From Girardia tigrina (Eukaryota), in assembly GCA_001938485.1 (NCBI GenBank), contig MQRK01230168.1, positions 1 through 62,777 of the forward strand: 62,777 nucleotides of DNA, written 5' to 3'. Every line of letters begins with the position of its first letter. Positions within the stretch are counted from its first letter, which is position 1. This document shows, one piece after another, positions 37,146-51,379 of this stretch. A model generated the notes under the pieces. The model had not been told where the DNA came from. It saw only the letters and a program-made list of their open reading frames with translations, and ran no database searches. The position numbers were made by a program, and so were the translations under genes.

Positions 37146-38099
37146 CCGAATAATTGTATTTTTTTAAAAACATTAACCAATTGTGTACATTGAAGCAAAT
37201 TACATTTATTGTTCGCTGGTTTTTTTCTAATTATTTAACATTTAATTATCACGAGTTTTTTTCTTTTAAAATTTAGTCTGAAGGATATCCGAGCACCACA
37301 TGAGGAATAATTTAAAATAAATAAGGTAAAGAAATATGTAAGTGAGGAAGTATTTATTTTTATAGAATATCGTACAGATGCATTATTTTGACCCCCTGCA
37401 TTTTTTTATTAAATGAAACAGAATCTTAATTAATAGAATTCTTGATTCTTCAAGAGTTGTTGATATTCTTCTTTTATTCCAATTACCTCTTGCAAAGGTA
37501 CAATTAAATTATTATTTGTGTTAATATTTTAAATTGTTAAAATTCATAATAAATATTTCTTAATACGAAATTTAAACTGATTTTTGCTTTATACTAAATA
37601 TTTTGAGAGACTTTAATCATTTTTCAAAGATTACATGGTGGTCCAAATAAAAGTGTCGAAAATAAATAGTACCAATTATGACTTATTCATCATTGTCATT
37701 TTAAAAAGTTATGGTAACCTATATGCAATTTTCGAAAAGTTTACCCTCAAAAGGTACTAAATGGCGCATCCCGTCTTTAAAACCCTAAAGAAAATTGGCA
37801 ATTCGGGAAATCGAGAAATCATTCCCACTATTGCTTTTCTAAGAATTTCAAGGGTATTAGATCCTTCCTTATAAATATTGTCCGTATGTTAACCCCAAAG
37901 GAAGAAATAATATGAGTTTTTATACGGTGAATAAGGTTGTCAATCTATTCCTCCTCCGGTACTATTTTAGAGTCTACACTGATTATCCATTGGCCAAATT
38001 ATCTCCGAGTATCTGAAAAAAATAAACAGCGCGATAGGGGCTGGTACCTGCATATACCAAAATCCATACATCATTCCATAATTTTGCGCTTTAGAGATA

Positions 38100-39240
38100 A
38101 ATCTGTCCTTTAACAATAGCGTTAGCCATATTTTTTTCATTTTTGTTGTTAATAAAAAGATGGAGACTACTAATCAAAAAGAATTTTGTATTTTCGAGTA
38201 CGACAAAAATGAATTGGTAACAGTTTTTCAGAGCCATTTCGAACAACCTCCGGATAAGGGAAGTTATCAAAAATTAGTATAAACAATGTACAAAGAACGG
38301 TTATTTGTGAAAAGGAAAACGTTTTAAACTCCCACGAACGAGTAACACAAATGTTGGCCGTATTTATTCCCGCAATTCAAGAAAATCACCACACCAATCA
38401 GGTAGAATCCTGCAAATTACACAAAAAAAGGAAAATGTTTATAATGAAGCTTTATCGTTAGAAACTAGTTCAAGCATTTACGAAGACAAAAAAGTGTAAA
38501 GAATAAATTTCACAACCCTGTCGATCAAAAATCGGCAAAGATTAGTTGTTCATTTTGAAGCTAGAATAAAGCAATGAAGCAACATTTCAAGAAAATGGGA
38601 ATGTCAATCGGCACAATTTGTATATATAAAATATTGATAATGAATGAGAAACAATTCAGAATGAAGGTAATTGCCCCAAGGTAATTTTTTGGTCATTTAT
38701 TCTTTGAAAATACAACTGTAACTCATCACATCCATGTGAAACAGCTTCAGAAAAGGATGTTCCCTCAACTTAAATAAGAAGCCCGCCAATTCAAGTTGCA
38801 GATGCTGCAGCACTTCCCTATTGACACGTTTGTGTACTTGTCTTTTAGAATTCAAGGTATCCAAAGCAAGGGATCGACTGCTAGGTAGCTTAGGAGGTAC
38901 ATCTAACTCACTGGTATCCCAGAAGACGTAATTTCATCCAATTTGAATTTTTTTGAGTACCTCAAAGTTATGTTTGGAACATATCTACTAGCTAACATTG
39001 CAAAAATAAATGACAACATAACTACATTTATCCAAAAAGTTTCACCAAAGATATTACAGACAGTATGAGAAGAGTTTGAATACCAGATTGATGTCGTTAG
39101 AGTGCCTGAAAGAGGCCACACTGACGCTCTGTGAACTTGTTTTTTTACTTTGAAAACTTGATTTATTATCCAAGGTTCAATCATTTTGTATTTTATTGAA
39201 AACATTTTTTTTCAATTTGTGGTGCACTTTAAGAATCAAT
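38100..39240 (+). mobile_element. Decayed Tc1/mariner-superfamily element (rosa/DUF4817-type N-terminus)
   Basis: METTNQKEFCIFEY..NE..TVFQSHF at 38160; GNVNRHN; EEFEYQIDV...GH C-terminus. Confidence 0.7.
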
Positions 39241-40046
39241 CTGAATTTAAAAAGTAAATTTTTTTTCTGATTTATCCTGAAATCTCATAAATAATAAGAG
39301 CTTTAAAAGAAATAAAAGATTTTTTTTCAAAAATTAAATTTTAGAATTAATTTTTATAAAATTCGAGAGACCAAGACACATTTACAAACTTTCGGGTATC
39401 AAAGTACTTCTAATTTATTTTGAATAATACATCCTCCTGGCATGGAAGCTTCATCCAAAACCTCATTTCTTAGGTTTATTCAAATCAAATAAAATGTTGA
39501 TATGGTCGAGAAGAAAGTTTCCTTTTCTATAGTATTTATCCAATTAAAAAAGTAACATTAAAATTAAAATAATTTTCTAAAGGTCAAATTTGAAAAAAAA
39601 CTTTGATGTTAAAAACAATAACCGAAACATAATTTATTATAAATATTCATAAATATAATAATTTAATGACATAAGTTTATTAAGCTATATTTTGTTTTAA
39701 TAAAGACAAATAATAAATTAAAAGAAGACTTTTCATTGAAATTAATTAAATGACAAATACGACAACAAGCAAAATAAATGTCTCATTACTAATTGAAAAT
39801 TTCTATTATAAAAATATAACGCGCGTTGTGTTAATTTAATTTGTTGTCTAAGGAAAAATTTTCAAAAATTCAAGAAAATAATTGAAGCTAAATTAATTTT
39901 AAATTTTAATGTCCCTAATATTTAATAAAAAAATATTTATTATTAAAATGTTGATTTTTTATTATAGATTAGTCAGTTAAATAAATAATTAAATTTTAAT
40001 AAAATTGGCAAGTTATTAAAATCAAAATTCGAAAACCAATTGAAAA

Positions 40047-40088
40047 TATTTATTAATTTTGACGGTTTAACCGTCATCGTCAGAACAA
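40047..40088 (-). ncRNA. Hammerhead ribozyme copy with core mutation GAAA->AAAA (predicted inactive)
   Basis: Reverse complement matches 41301-41342 except G12->A. Confidence 0.7.
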
Positions 40089-40158
40089 AGGATTTTACAA
40101 ACGAAATTAACTTATATAGTGCAGTTAATGATTATGTAATCAATACGCAATCAGTACA

Positions 40159-40737
40159 TCATTTAAAATCTCTCAACAAAGTTGTAGAGAGTGCAGTTTG
40201 AACGTTAATTTTAGGATCCAAAGATCTTATATATATCGCTTCACATTTCACTCTCTCCCAATAATTTTTAAATTGAGTGCACAGAATTTTAAAGTGTTGT
40301 GAAGTTATATCTCCTTTACAATGTCTTCTATGTCCTGCAATATCACTTCCACCTTCATTGCGACTGTGTTCCTGGATTCTCTTACAGAGATGACGTGAAG
40401 TCTCTCCAATGTATGTGACGTTACACCCATTATATGTATATTGGTAAATGAGATCCGAACACAATCCCAATGGCGTTGGAAATTTATTGCCAAACATGCT
40501 TTCAATTTTCTGAGTGCAGGATATTACTTTTAAACTTATTGCATTATCTAACGCTTTCAAAATAGAATTTTTAAATATTTTAAACGCCTCTGAATATGGC
40601 ACAGTTAACACATAACCAATTCCCAAACTTTTATCATTAATGTTGCAAGATTGCTCTTGATCTTGAACATTTAAAATTTTAGTATTACTTTTTTTGTCAA
40701 TTAATTTATCAATAGTTTCCTTTGTTAATTTCTCCAC
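40159..40737 (-). pseudogene. Penelope GIY-YIG endonuclease region
   Basis: VPYS, LIYQYT, YIGETSRHL, EAIYIRSLDPKIN. Confidence 0.9.
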
Positions 40738-41300
40738 TATCGATTTTGAATATCCGTTATCATATAATAGTTTGTGTAATTTATTAATTTATTAATTTAT
40801 TTATTACATCTTTTATATATAGATGAAAGAGCCCATGATCGAAAAATAAGACCTTTAATCATATTTCGACGATATTTAGATTCACAGAAACTGATCGGTG
40901 TTGTATACAACCCATGTCAGTTTTCTTTCTGTAAATCTCCGTCTACAATATACATGTAATGGGTGCAAAGCCGCATACATTGGAGAGACTTCACGTCATC
41001 TCTGTAAGAGAATCCAGGAACACAGTCCCAATGAAGGTGGAAGTAATATTGCAGGACATAGAAGAAATTGTAAAGGAGATATAACTTCACAACACTTTAA
41101 AATTCTGTGCACTCAATTTAAAAATTATTGGGAGAGAGTGACATGTGAAGCGATATATATTAGATCTTTGGATCCTAAAATTAACGTTCAAACTGCACTC
41201 TCTACAACTTTGTTGAGAGATTTTAAATGATGTACTGATTACGTATTGATTACATAATCATTAACTGCACTATATAAGTAAATTTCGTTTGAAAAATCAT

Positions 41301-41342
41301 TTGTTCTGACGATGACGGTTAAACCGTCGAAATTAATAAATA
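41301..41342 (+). ncRNA. Minimal type-I hammerhead ribozyme in the Penelope pLTR
   Basis: CUGACGA-U-stem II GACGG(UUAAA)CCGUC-GAAA-UUAA-UA; palindromic AUUAAU stem III; short stem I UGUU/AAUA. Confidence 0.8.
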
Positions 41343-42075
41343 TTTTCAATTGGCTTTCGAATTTTGAATTAAATTTTAATTCTTTTTTAAAATAAAATAA
41401 TAATTATTATTATTATCGTTATTATGATGAGTAGTTAATTTTCTTTTCACTGACAATTTTTAATAATTTAGAAATGATTAAACTTTTTAACATACGTTTA
41501 AAATAAATTAAAAAATATATTTTAAACTAAATTTTATTTCAAAATTAATAATATAATTCAAATAGAATATGTTTAAAAGAATAAAATTTCTGGAAATAAT
41601 AAACTTGAGCTACAATTAATTTATTATTTAGTAGAATGAAATGTTTTCATAAATTTTAAAATGAATATTATTTTAAAATAAATTGAATCAATTTTAAAAG
41701 AAGGTTGAAAATTTATTTTAATTTGTTTGAAATAAAAAATATTTTTTGTATCTTTGATAATTATGAATGTATCGAAAATTATATCAACGCAACTAACAAT
41801 ACCTATCATAACTATTACACTGGTAAACAAAAAATTGTCTATCCTTATCAATTTTTTATGTTATTTATATACTGGAAAGTTTACAGACGGCAAACCCCCC
41901 GCGAAAAAAACTTTAAAATCTAGACAATTTAAAAAATTTAGATTCACTTAACCTGAAAACAATTCCAATAAAAATTCACTTGATTTTGCTTCGAAAATTC
42001 TTTTATTAAATAAATTAAAAATAAAATTATATTTATTTTGTTCTAACTCAATTAACTCATATAATTTTAATTCTA

Positions 42076-43398
42076 TTAGGTTGGTCGAAAAATAATGGCG
42101 GTTTTGGGACACAAACTTCAAAGACGTGCAAATTCACAGAAACAAAAGTTTATTAATCAAAGTATGAACCGTTGGTATCAATACCTTTTTGCCAACGAGA
42201 AACAAGTTGTTTTATTCCATCAGCATAAAATGCATCGGTTCTCGAAGCGACGAATTCTTGGAAGGCATTTTGAGCATCATTTTGGTTTTTGAAATTTTTT
42301 TCACGTAGGAAGTTGTACAAATGCCTGAAAAAGTAGAAGTCAGTTGGCGAGAGGTCTGGTGAATATGGTGGATGAAAGAGGGTTTCATAGCCAAACTCAT
42401 TAAGCTTTTGAAGAGTCACTTTTGAAATATGAGGTCTAGCGTTATCATGAAGAAGGATGGGACTTTTTCGATTGACCAATCCCGGACAAAGGGTTTNNNN
42501 NNNNNNNNNNNNNNNNNNNNNNNNNNNNNNNNNNNNNNNNNNNNNNTTCGATTGACCAATCCCGGACAAAGGGTTTTCAATTTTTTATGCATTTCATCAA
42601 TTTCATGACAGTACCTCTCCGCTGTGATTGTTTCACCTGGATTCAAGAAACTATAGTGGATGATCACCAAACTGTCACCATAACCTTACGGGGTGTTAGT
42701 TTCGGTTTTGGAAAGTGTGTCGGTACATCATCTTTGTCCAACCACTGTGTAGATCGACGTCGGTTATCATACAGGATCCATTTCTCATCACAGGTAACAA
42801 TACGTTTTTATTGCGAAGATGACTGGCAGAACAAATTTCATAGCGTTGGTTCTTTTGATTTTCATTCAAATCATGTGGAACCCATTTATCAAGTTTCTTG
42901 ATTGTTCCAAGTTGTTTTAAATGATCCAGGACTGTTGAATGACTAATGCCCAACCAATCTGCAAGTTCTCTGGTGGAAACAGATACCCGTACAACAATCA
43001 TTGTCCTCAAATTGTCGTTGTTCAAAGCAACTGGACGACCACGACCTTCTTCATCTTCAAGGTTTTCATCTCCATCAGAAAATTTTCACAAACATCGTAG
43101 CACTGTGCGCTCAGAAGCTGTTCTCTTGCCAAACGCTTTATTGATATTGCGAGCCGTTTCTGCTGCTTTACGACCCAGTTTAAATTCGTACAAGAAAATT
43201 GCTCGAATTTTAATTTTTTCCATTATTAATTTAGCACCGTAAATATTCTAAAAAATAACAGCAATATGTTAATAATGTCTATAGGAATATTCAGCTAGGC
43301 ATAATATTTCAAATAATATCTAACACTAATGCATTTAAACTTATATACGTATCAAAGTATAAAGTTCAAAAACAGCCATTATTTTTCGACCAACCTAA
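42076..43398 (-). mobile_element. mariner transposon (cecropia/Hsmar1-like), disrupted transposase
   Basis: TIRs TTAGGTTGGTCGAAAAATAATGGC; TA TSD; [39 protein letters not shown]. Confidence 0.95.
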
Positions 43399-44149
43399 TA
43401 TATTCATTAACGAATAATTTACTTGTTAAGATATTTTTAAAGGTTTCAGAGAAGTATTTCATTAAATATTTCTTTAAAAAATTTTCTGTTATTTTTATTT
43501 TTGAAAAATATATTATTAAGGTTATTAATAGAGTTTTCATTACTTAAATTTTCACTATTAAAATTTTTTAGATTTGCATTATTAATAAAAAAAAGTTATT
43601 CATAAATAAAATATTGATATTAACAGTAAGTTGACCAGGACGGTTTCGGTTGATTTTGTGTGCGAAGGAGCTGCACCAACAGAACAGTTTCTATGCAGGC
43701 TATCCAGATTGACGCCGCCCTTGTGTGGATTTGCTCCAGATTCTATACCATTTTGCATTTTATCAGCATATATTTTAATCATAGTATGTATTGAGCGTTA
43801 CGGTAAGTACCAAACAGAGTTGGGCTTTTATACGTATAATAGTTTTTTGTGCTGATTTATAATCAACAACCAGTGTTCTCCAATTCATAGAAAAAGCAAC
43901 AGCAAATTGAAGTAACTATGGTTGATGCACACAAAGGAAAAGTTATTCAAATCTAAAATTATCATAAGTCAAACACGATTTTGTCATCAATGAATAAATT
44001 TCAATGTAAATTTAATAATTTACTAGAAATTTTTCCAGAATGAATTATGTATTGAAATAAAATTTCACATTTAAAATGTTTTCACCAGAACTAGTCGAAA
44101 CCGAAAAAGCAGTTTTTTATCACGTTTGTTTACTCTTTTTTTAGCAGAA

Positions 44150-45000
44150 TTTCGAAGAAATGGGAAAATGTGGAGTTTCACAGCGTCATTAAATTTTACT
44201 ATACTTGGAAAAAGTGCAGTATAGTAAAAAGGGCAACCCTTTTCTATTGACTGAAGGAGATCAAGCAAGACAGGGAATCACTAAACGATATCAACGCAAG
44301 AGATGACCAAATTAAATCTCAGATGAGAAAAAAATCGAATATGAAAATAAATAGTCAAATGTGATCGTAGAATACAAGTAAGCAAGTTAGCAGTTTACCT
44401 GAAGATTATCTATGGTTCTGCACATACTATGTTAACCTGGTAATTTCTGAGCAATGGTATACAACTTCCCTTGACAATATTGTTACTTTGGATGAGACCT
44501 CAATCTCGATGCATCGTCCTAAGACCAGGAAAGAGTCCAATGAGTGTCGTTAAAAAATGAAAAACCTCCACTTAAGATGTGAATTCTAACTTCTCGCAGA
44601 AGAGAATTCATGCTTTCGTATTCTGGACACAAAAGGGTACTGCCAGTTTCTGTCAATAGTGTAATACAATCAGTGCAGAATACTTCAGTTTCCTTGCTAC
44701 TGAGCGGAAAAGGAAGAAATTACTACTCTTTTAAAGAAATTACTACCTAATTATTACTCTGGTTATTGCTATTATTACGCACATATTCCTTCTGCAGTAC
44801 TTTAGCAAGAAACAATTACCAAATGTGGTTTCATGAGCCTGGCACACCTGCCCTACAGTTCTGACATTGCTCCCGTGACTCCTACCTACTCAACCGTTTA
44901 ACAAACACCTAAGATGGCGTTATGTTTCGTGCAGATGATCTTAAGGAATGTGTATCAAATTTTTATCAAGAATTAACAGTTTTTTGCTCCTCATTTTTAT
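44150..45000 (+). mobile_element. Highly decayed mariner
   Basis: IVTLDET, SVFWD, LAHLPYSSDIAP remnants. Confidence 0.7.
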
Positions 45001-45654
45001 AATCTCTTGCATGTATATTAAAATTTTATTTTTATAATTTGAAATTTACTTCATTTATAATTAAAAAGAGTAACAAAATATAAAAATTTGTAAACAAAAT
45101 TCATTCGATTGTCAAAGCGTTTTCTCACACTAATTCCTTAACATTGTCTTTTGTGTCCTTTAATAATTATTTCCTAAATTTATATTTTAAGACATTTAAT
45201 ACAATATCTACAAACTTTGAAATGATTTTTTTAATTTTCAACATTTATTTTAATATTCTGGAATAAATATTAATTCTTTTTTTTTAATTTTTAAACTATT
45301 TTATTTGACGGAAATAATCAAGCAAAACTAATGGTATATTGATGCCGTTCATGTCGGTGTCTTCTGTCAAGAAGAACTGTCTCTTAAAGTTATATAGTTG
45401 GAACTATAAAGATTTTTAACCAATCTCGTTTTTAGAAAATATTTCTAAAAAATTTTCTTTTTAAATTTTTTTTAATTTAAAATCTACAATTATTATTATT
45501 GTTATTACTTGATATAGATATATATATTATTGATATAGATTTTTTTAAATTAAAATAAAAAATAAAACCTGAATATATAATTATCAGTCAGCTAGAGACA
45601 AATTAACTCATACAATAAAAAATTTTAAAAAATATTTACTGAATTGTACGAACT

Positions 45655-48600
45655 ATGATGTTTTCCATATTCTGGCCTCATAAAGTAGGGCCTTTTTTTC
45701 ACATATCGACTGGGGGATGGCATTTGCCGCCCCAGTGACCAAAAATGCCCACTCCTAGTCTAAGGCAAAAGTGATAGACCAGGGGGGGGGCAATTTTTTA
45801 AAATCGATTTTGAAAACTAAAGACTGAGTGCAAAAAATATTACTAACTTTAAATCTCTATAACTCCAACATAAATTCACAAATTACAAAAAACTAATCAA
45901 GTAGGGCTGTTGTTTGAATAAATCAAAATAAAATTCATTTTAGTATTCATTTTTAAATTTCATTTATCATGAATATATCACCAGAAACAGGAAATCGAGA
46001 ATTAATTATTCGTTTATTTCAAGAAAATCCACATTCAAGTCAGAAAACAGTTTCTAACGTTATTAGAAACTTCAATGAGAACTTGAAAGTTTCTAGAAAA
46101 ATTGGTTCGGGATGAAGAAATGGTTTTTCGTGTACACAGAAGGTGTAGAAAGTAAAGGCTCTGTTAGAGAGAAATTCTTGTCTCTCAAATGAGAACTGCC
46201 GATAAAGGTGAATTGTAGTGAGAAAACAGTTCTGAAAATTAAACATTCTGTGGATTTAAAAACGTATAAAGTTCAAACAGTACCAGACCGTAGGCAAGCA
46301 AGAACGTAAAGGCGCAGCAGCGAGCCAGAAAGTTGAAATCTGGTTTTCTGGCGAAGAAAAAATGTTGAATTACGATTGATGAGACTTATGTGCTCTGCAA
46401 GTTTTCCCAGCTATCCGGACAAGAATTTTACTGTTGTTGAAGATTTGAAATTCGCTGTTTTAGCAGAAGACTCAACCACAAATACACATATTGGCTCTTT
46501 CACAACAGAAGAATCCCCTCTCAGCACTTCTCACAATACTATGGAGTGATACAAGCACAGAAAATTGAATGTAAATGGTAAGTATAAAATTGTCGTGGCT
46601 GCTTGGAAGCATTTATGTTAGAGCCTGCAGAAGGGAAGCAAAAAATACAACATGTGAGATGTAGAGCATGTGAAAAGTTTTTGAATGTTGCTTGTAAGTT
46701 TGCTCTCAATTGTAATGTTTACTTGGCTTATGGCTGCCTTGCAGATACAACTGTTAAAGGTTTTCATAGATCATCTTGACTCAATCTTCCATAAGGCAGC
46801 AGTGTGACATGCAGATTTTTAATTACAGTAAAAAATTCAGTCATTTCATCACCCTTGGCCGAAATGTAAGCAAAAGTACTGTGCGGAAGTTTCTTGACTC
46901 ACTCGCCGTGGACTTTTACAATGACAGTCTGATAAGTACTCTTTCTGCCAACAGCTTGACCTCAAAGTATCTAACTTAAGTACACAGGTCCAAAATTACA
47001 ACAAATTACTCGATAAAAGTTGATGTTCAACCTGACTCGTCCCGGATGTAATTTTAATCTACAGTCGATTAATTCAATCGCCGGTTCGATCACTCCTTTT
47101 CGACAGTCTTTTTATGTGGTATTTAATGAGAACGTGAATTTTCGATAAACGTTTATTTACAAAGTATCAAATAGTATTTAATTGATCCTCCATATTCCAC
47201 CACTAAACAGATTGGTTTTGTTATTTGAATTTTGCGTTTTGTTAATTTTTTTAATTTATATAGTAAAACAAAATTCTTTAGGTTTCATTTTTCATGCTTT
47301 TCATGAATCTTGAATTTTATGAATTTTAAGTTAATTCAGATTTTTTATTTTATTAATTGCTAATTTAGTTTTTGAATTTTAAATAATTTTTTAATGTTGT
47401 GGAGTTGACTTGTACAATAAAAATGAATTCTCCATTGGAGGAATTTCAACCTCCCTCATTGACATTACATTACAAAAACCCAAACTGCTATCGAGAAATG
47501 CTACTCATAGTTGCTGGAGACGTTCAGAAGGAACTACTCGTGAACTATAGGATTGTGTTGTTTAAGTAGTACAAGTTGATAGCAGCGTTAATCGTAAAAT
47601 AGTGAATTACAAGTAAGTTTCAGCGAGAATAGTTACGAAAAAGTGTAAAGTGAAGAACGTCTTCAAAATCTTCAACGAACCTCAACATATTGATGCCTTT
47701 GGACGGCTGTAAGTCACTTAGAAGGCCCTTAAGACCATGGTCGCACAAACTTCCAAGCTGATTGGTGTTACAACAGATGACAAAAGAGGTAATACAAGGT
47801 TAACAAGGGAGCTAAGGAAGAACTGGTTGCATCGTGATCTATTGACGTTCTGGTGTTTTGTTCACAGAAGGGACCTCACCTTAAAAAACATTGAAGGAGG
47901 CGTTTCGGAGCTGTGTATCTGCATTAAAAATGCCAAGTCTTTAGCTACCTTTTTTTTACCAGAGATATTTTTTTACCAGATTTTACCAGAGATAATAACC
48001 AATAGAGATTCGGCACTTCGAAAATTAGACCTTATATCCAAGGTCCCCTATCTTGGTGTAGAGGAAAAGAATCTAGAGCCCCAAGGAACAGAGATTCATT
48101 TTGGGAGCCGTTAACACTAATATGCCAACTACAAGAAATAAGGATGCGGTGCTCCTCGAAATTGTATAATCAGCACAGAATTATCTTGGATAGCGGGTTG
48201 ATGTGGAAGAAGAATAAGTAGTCCAAAATATATTAACTCTTTTGCAAACAGCCGAACTCGAAACATTTATTAATGCAGGAGTAAAAATATCATGACATGT
48301 GTTTTCAGAAGAAATCCAGCGCATTGCAGATGACTTTGCTGAGCAATACAAATAAATGCTTTACCCTAATTGAAGTTGAAAACATTCCTACACCGCTGCA
48401 GCAGTGTAATTTTGAATATCGTATTTGGTAACACTCACTCCTCATACCATGCTTTCAAAGAGGCTTGTTTCTTTATACAACTTGAGCGTTTCAGCCCATC
48501 ACACGAGCACCTCAGCTGAAACAGCCAACTCTCGCATAACGATTGCAATGAATTAAAAGGGATCTGCCAATTTGATCCTCACATTGCTGTGGTAGAATTC

Positions 48601-49330
48601 TTGTGGGTGAAAGAAATACGAGAAAGAAACCCAACCTTGGATATTTATTCAGAAAGTGACTTTGTTGCCACTTTTTTAAAAATAACATGCGTTGAAGTGT
48701 TATGTTATATAGCTCGTGTTAGACTGTTCGTAAAATGTTATGGGTCAGGTGACTTGTGTATTTTCTTCTTTTAAATCTGAGAAAACTTGATAGAAAAACT
48801 GTTTGGAATAGGAAAATTCATTATAAAAAACAAGGAAAAATAACTTTTTTCATCCGAGATAAAAAGTTACCATATTTCGGCACATGACATTCCAGATTGC
48901 TTGTGGCCCCACAGTGAAAATTTCTTAAAAAAGGCCCTGTCATAAAGATGTTATTCTCATGGATTTCGCAGATAAAGACATAACACTGCATATTACAACC
49001 AGCCCGTGGCAACCGTCAGAAAGAACAGACAGAAGCAGAAGAACACGTCACCATGGTTTCACCACGATAATGCGTCAGTACACTCAACGGACTTTTCTCA
49101 AGGCACATTAAAGGTGATAGACTAGCATTTCTGGATCATCCGCCGTATAGCTCAGATTTTTGCACGGAGCGATTTTTACCTCTTTAGACACTCAAAGATG
49201 CCTTTGGGAGGTCTCCCGTTTGGATTCAAAAACAATTTAAAGGTTACCGTGGATTGTTTCTTTGCCGCATGTCGCCCAGAATTTTTCAAAAAGGCGTTTT
49301 CTGAATTGTTTATTCATTGAATCGATTACA
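45655..49330 (+). mobile_element. 3' half of a mariner split by the hAT insertion (same family as 10086-11222)
   Basis: MFSIFW|HK.VILMDF rejoins across the TSD; FHHDNASVH, DHPPYSSD, FYLFRH. Confidence 0.8.
45686..48939 (+). mobile_element. hAT transposon with both ends; decayed transposase; nested Tc1/maT-like fragment (~45830-46430)
   Basis: TIR (T/C)AGGGCCTTTTTT; exact 8-bp TSD TCATAAAG; WCFVHRRDL motif. Confidence 0.88.
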
Positions 49331-49602
49331 TAATCATGATTTTTGTATTTATATACAGGTGAATTAATTATTAATCAGTGACCTGAAGATAACGGTTGAT
49401 TGGTCGATACATATTTTCTATAAATATATTTTCAAATGGATGAATTTTGTTTTTAATTATAAAAATATTAAATTTTAAATCATATTTTATGTTTCACTTT
49501 ATTTTCATTTAATTAATAAAATGTATTATATGTCAGTGTATTTTTTCTTTTGATGATTTAATAATGATTTAACACATTTTAATAAATATATAAAATTTAT
49601 AG

Positions 49603-49725
<123 letters not shown>

Positions 49726-50605
49726 TAAGATTATCAAGAATTTTGAAGGTGTTTTCGTTTTATACTGTTAAATTAATGATATTTTTGTTGAAATTAAAAT
49801 CGCAAAAATAATAGATTTAAAAGCCTATGCTTTCGACTGCTTTATCAGAATATTTTGTTTTTGGTATTATTTAAAAATCTTAAACATTTTTTTGGCTCTC
49901 GTAAACAAGATGTTTCGGTGTCTTTTTGGAATAACATCTTGTTATCAACAACATTTTACCTTTATGGTTCAAAGTGATTTCAAATATAAAGATTAAAATG
50001 AGTCAAATACTTAAGATTAAGTTAAAACTTAGAGCTGGAACCAAAGTTTCTTTATAGGAGTTTTAAAAAGTAATGTTGGTTTTCAAATGTTTTAATAAAT
50101 TCTCAAAATGTAATGTATATAGGCCATGCGTTATTCTGATATGTAAGTAGTGGGGTTGATTATCAAAATTGACATTAAAACTAAATTTTAATTCCGCGAG
50201 GAGGACATAATAAGCGATAAACTCTTTATATTTTTGCATCAACGACCTAAACGTACTACCACATTTTATATAGACTTCCGAAATAATATACCCGTTACTT
50301 CATGTTTGAAATTTATACTATTTGAAGAATGAAGAGATATAATAAAATTTTAGACTTGTAAAGTGATCATTGATAAATGAGGGAAATAAATCCTTGTTTT
50401 ACTTTAAAAAATATCGGATATACTTACATACAACTCAAAAAGGCTTGATGCAATGTCGTGAATTTATTGCCACTCTTTTGTTTTAGAATTTAATTTTAAT
50501 AATACAATGAAAGTTCTAGGAAATAGTGCCATGGGAAACGCAAAATTATTCCAGGGAGAAAAAATAAAAATATTTTAATAACAAAAGAAATTCATATACT
50601 TTTAA

Positions 50606-51048
50606 TGTTGTGGGTCTGGCATCATCGGTTCGTTCCGTCGATCGGCCCAACCTTCAGGACCAACGAGACCGTCGATCGATCCCCCTGTCAACTGTTGTTG
50701 AATCGATACAGCCTGTCGAGGGGAGCGTTCTGGTGATATTCGGCGATTGGGTGACACACCATGGACGGAGCGCGCAGACCCGGCGCGAAGTCTGAATATC
50801 GGTAGGCACCGACCTGTGTTCTGAAGGCGAACGATCAGAACCCGACAGAATGGACCGGTGGGATTGCATTAGACAGCGACCGTGAAGTGGAGCGACGTCT
50901 GGTAAGACCGAGAGTGCGGTAAACTCACGCCCGCGGTGATAATGTTGTTTAAAAATAGCATAGAGTGTTTAGTATTGAATCAAATCGAACAAGAGACCAT
51001 GTTGTGCAATATATTTTATTTTTCAATTAATACGATTAAACAACAACA
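50606..51048. mobile_element. GC-rich, structured solo-LTR-like island
   Basis: TGTTGT...ACAACA termini; abrupt GC rise; no clean TSD at this right end. Confidence 0.45.
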
Positions 51049-51379
51049 TAATAATTTTCATTAAGTTATTGTTTTTATTGTTTTTGATTTATCCGGGCAT
51101 TTTATTTCTAGTCAAATTTTTCGAATCGGATTTTTTTGGTTGATTGAGAAGATCACTACAAATGTACTTAAAGTTTATTAACATTTTTTTTCGTGAATCT
51201 GAAAATCATAAAAATTAAAATCACTTATTAAAACTCAAACAAATAAAAAACATCATAAAATAAATTAAATAACATTTAAATGATTATATATTATTCGAAA
51301 AAAGAAATTACAATTTCCTTTTCTTTAATCAAAACGATCAAAAACTTCTCCAAAAAAATGTTCATTCATTTTTTCTATT

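Larger units (their letters stand above)
40022..41366. mobile_element. Penelope-like retroelement: two 5'-truncated copies in inverted orientation, 3' ends pointing outward
   Basis: ~420-bp inverted arms (40022-40442 / 40946-41366); GIY-YIG motif YTCNGC..YIGETSRHL..RIQEH in both; RT tail EIYRKKTD at ~40915-40940 on -. Confidence 0.93.

Noticed and set aside
50526-50539. X-box-like GTGCCATGGGAAAC
   Set aside because: Imperfect spacing and intronic location; cannot be supported
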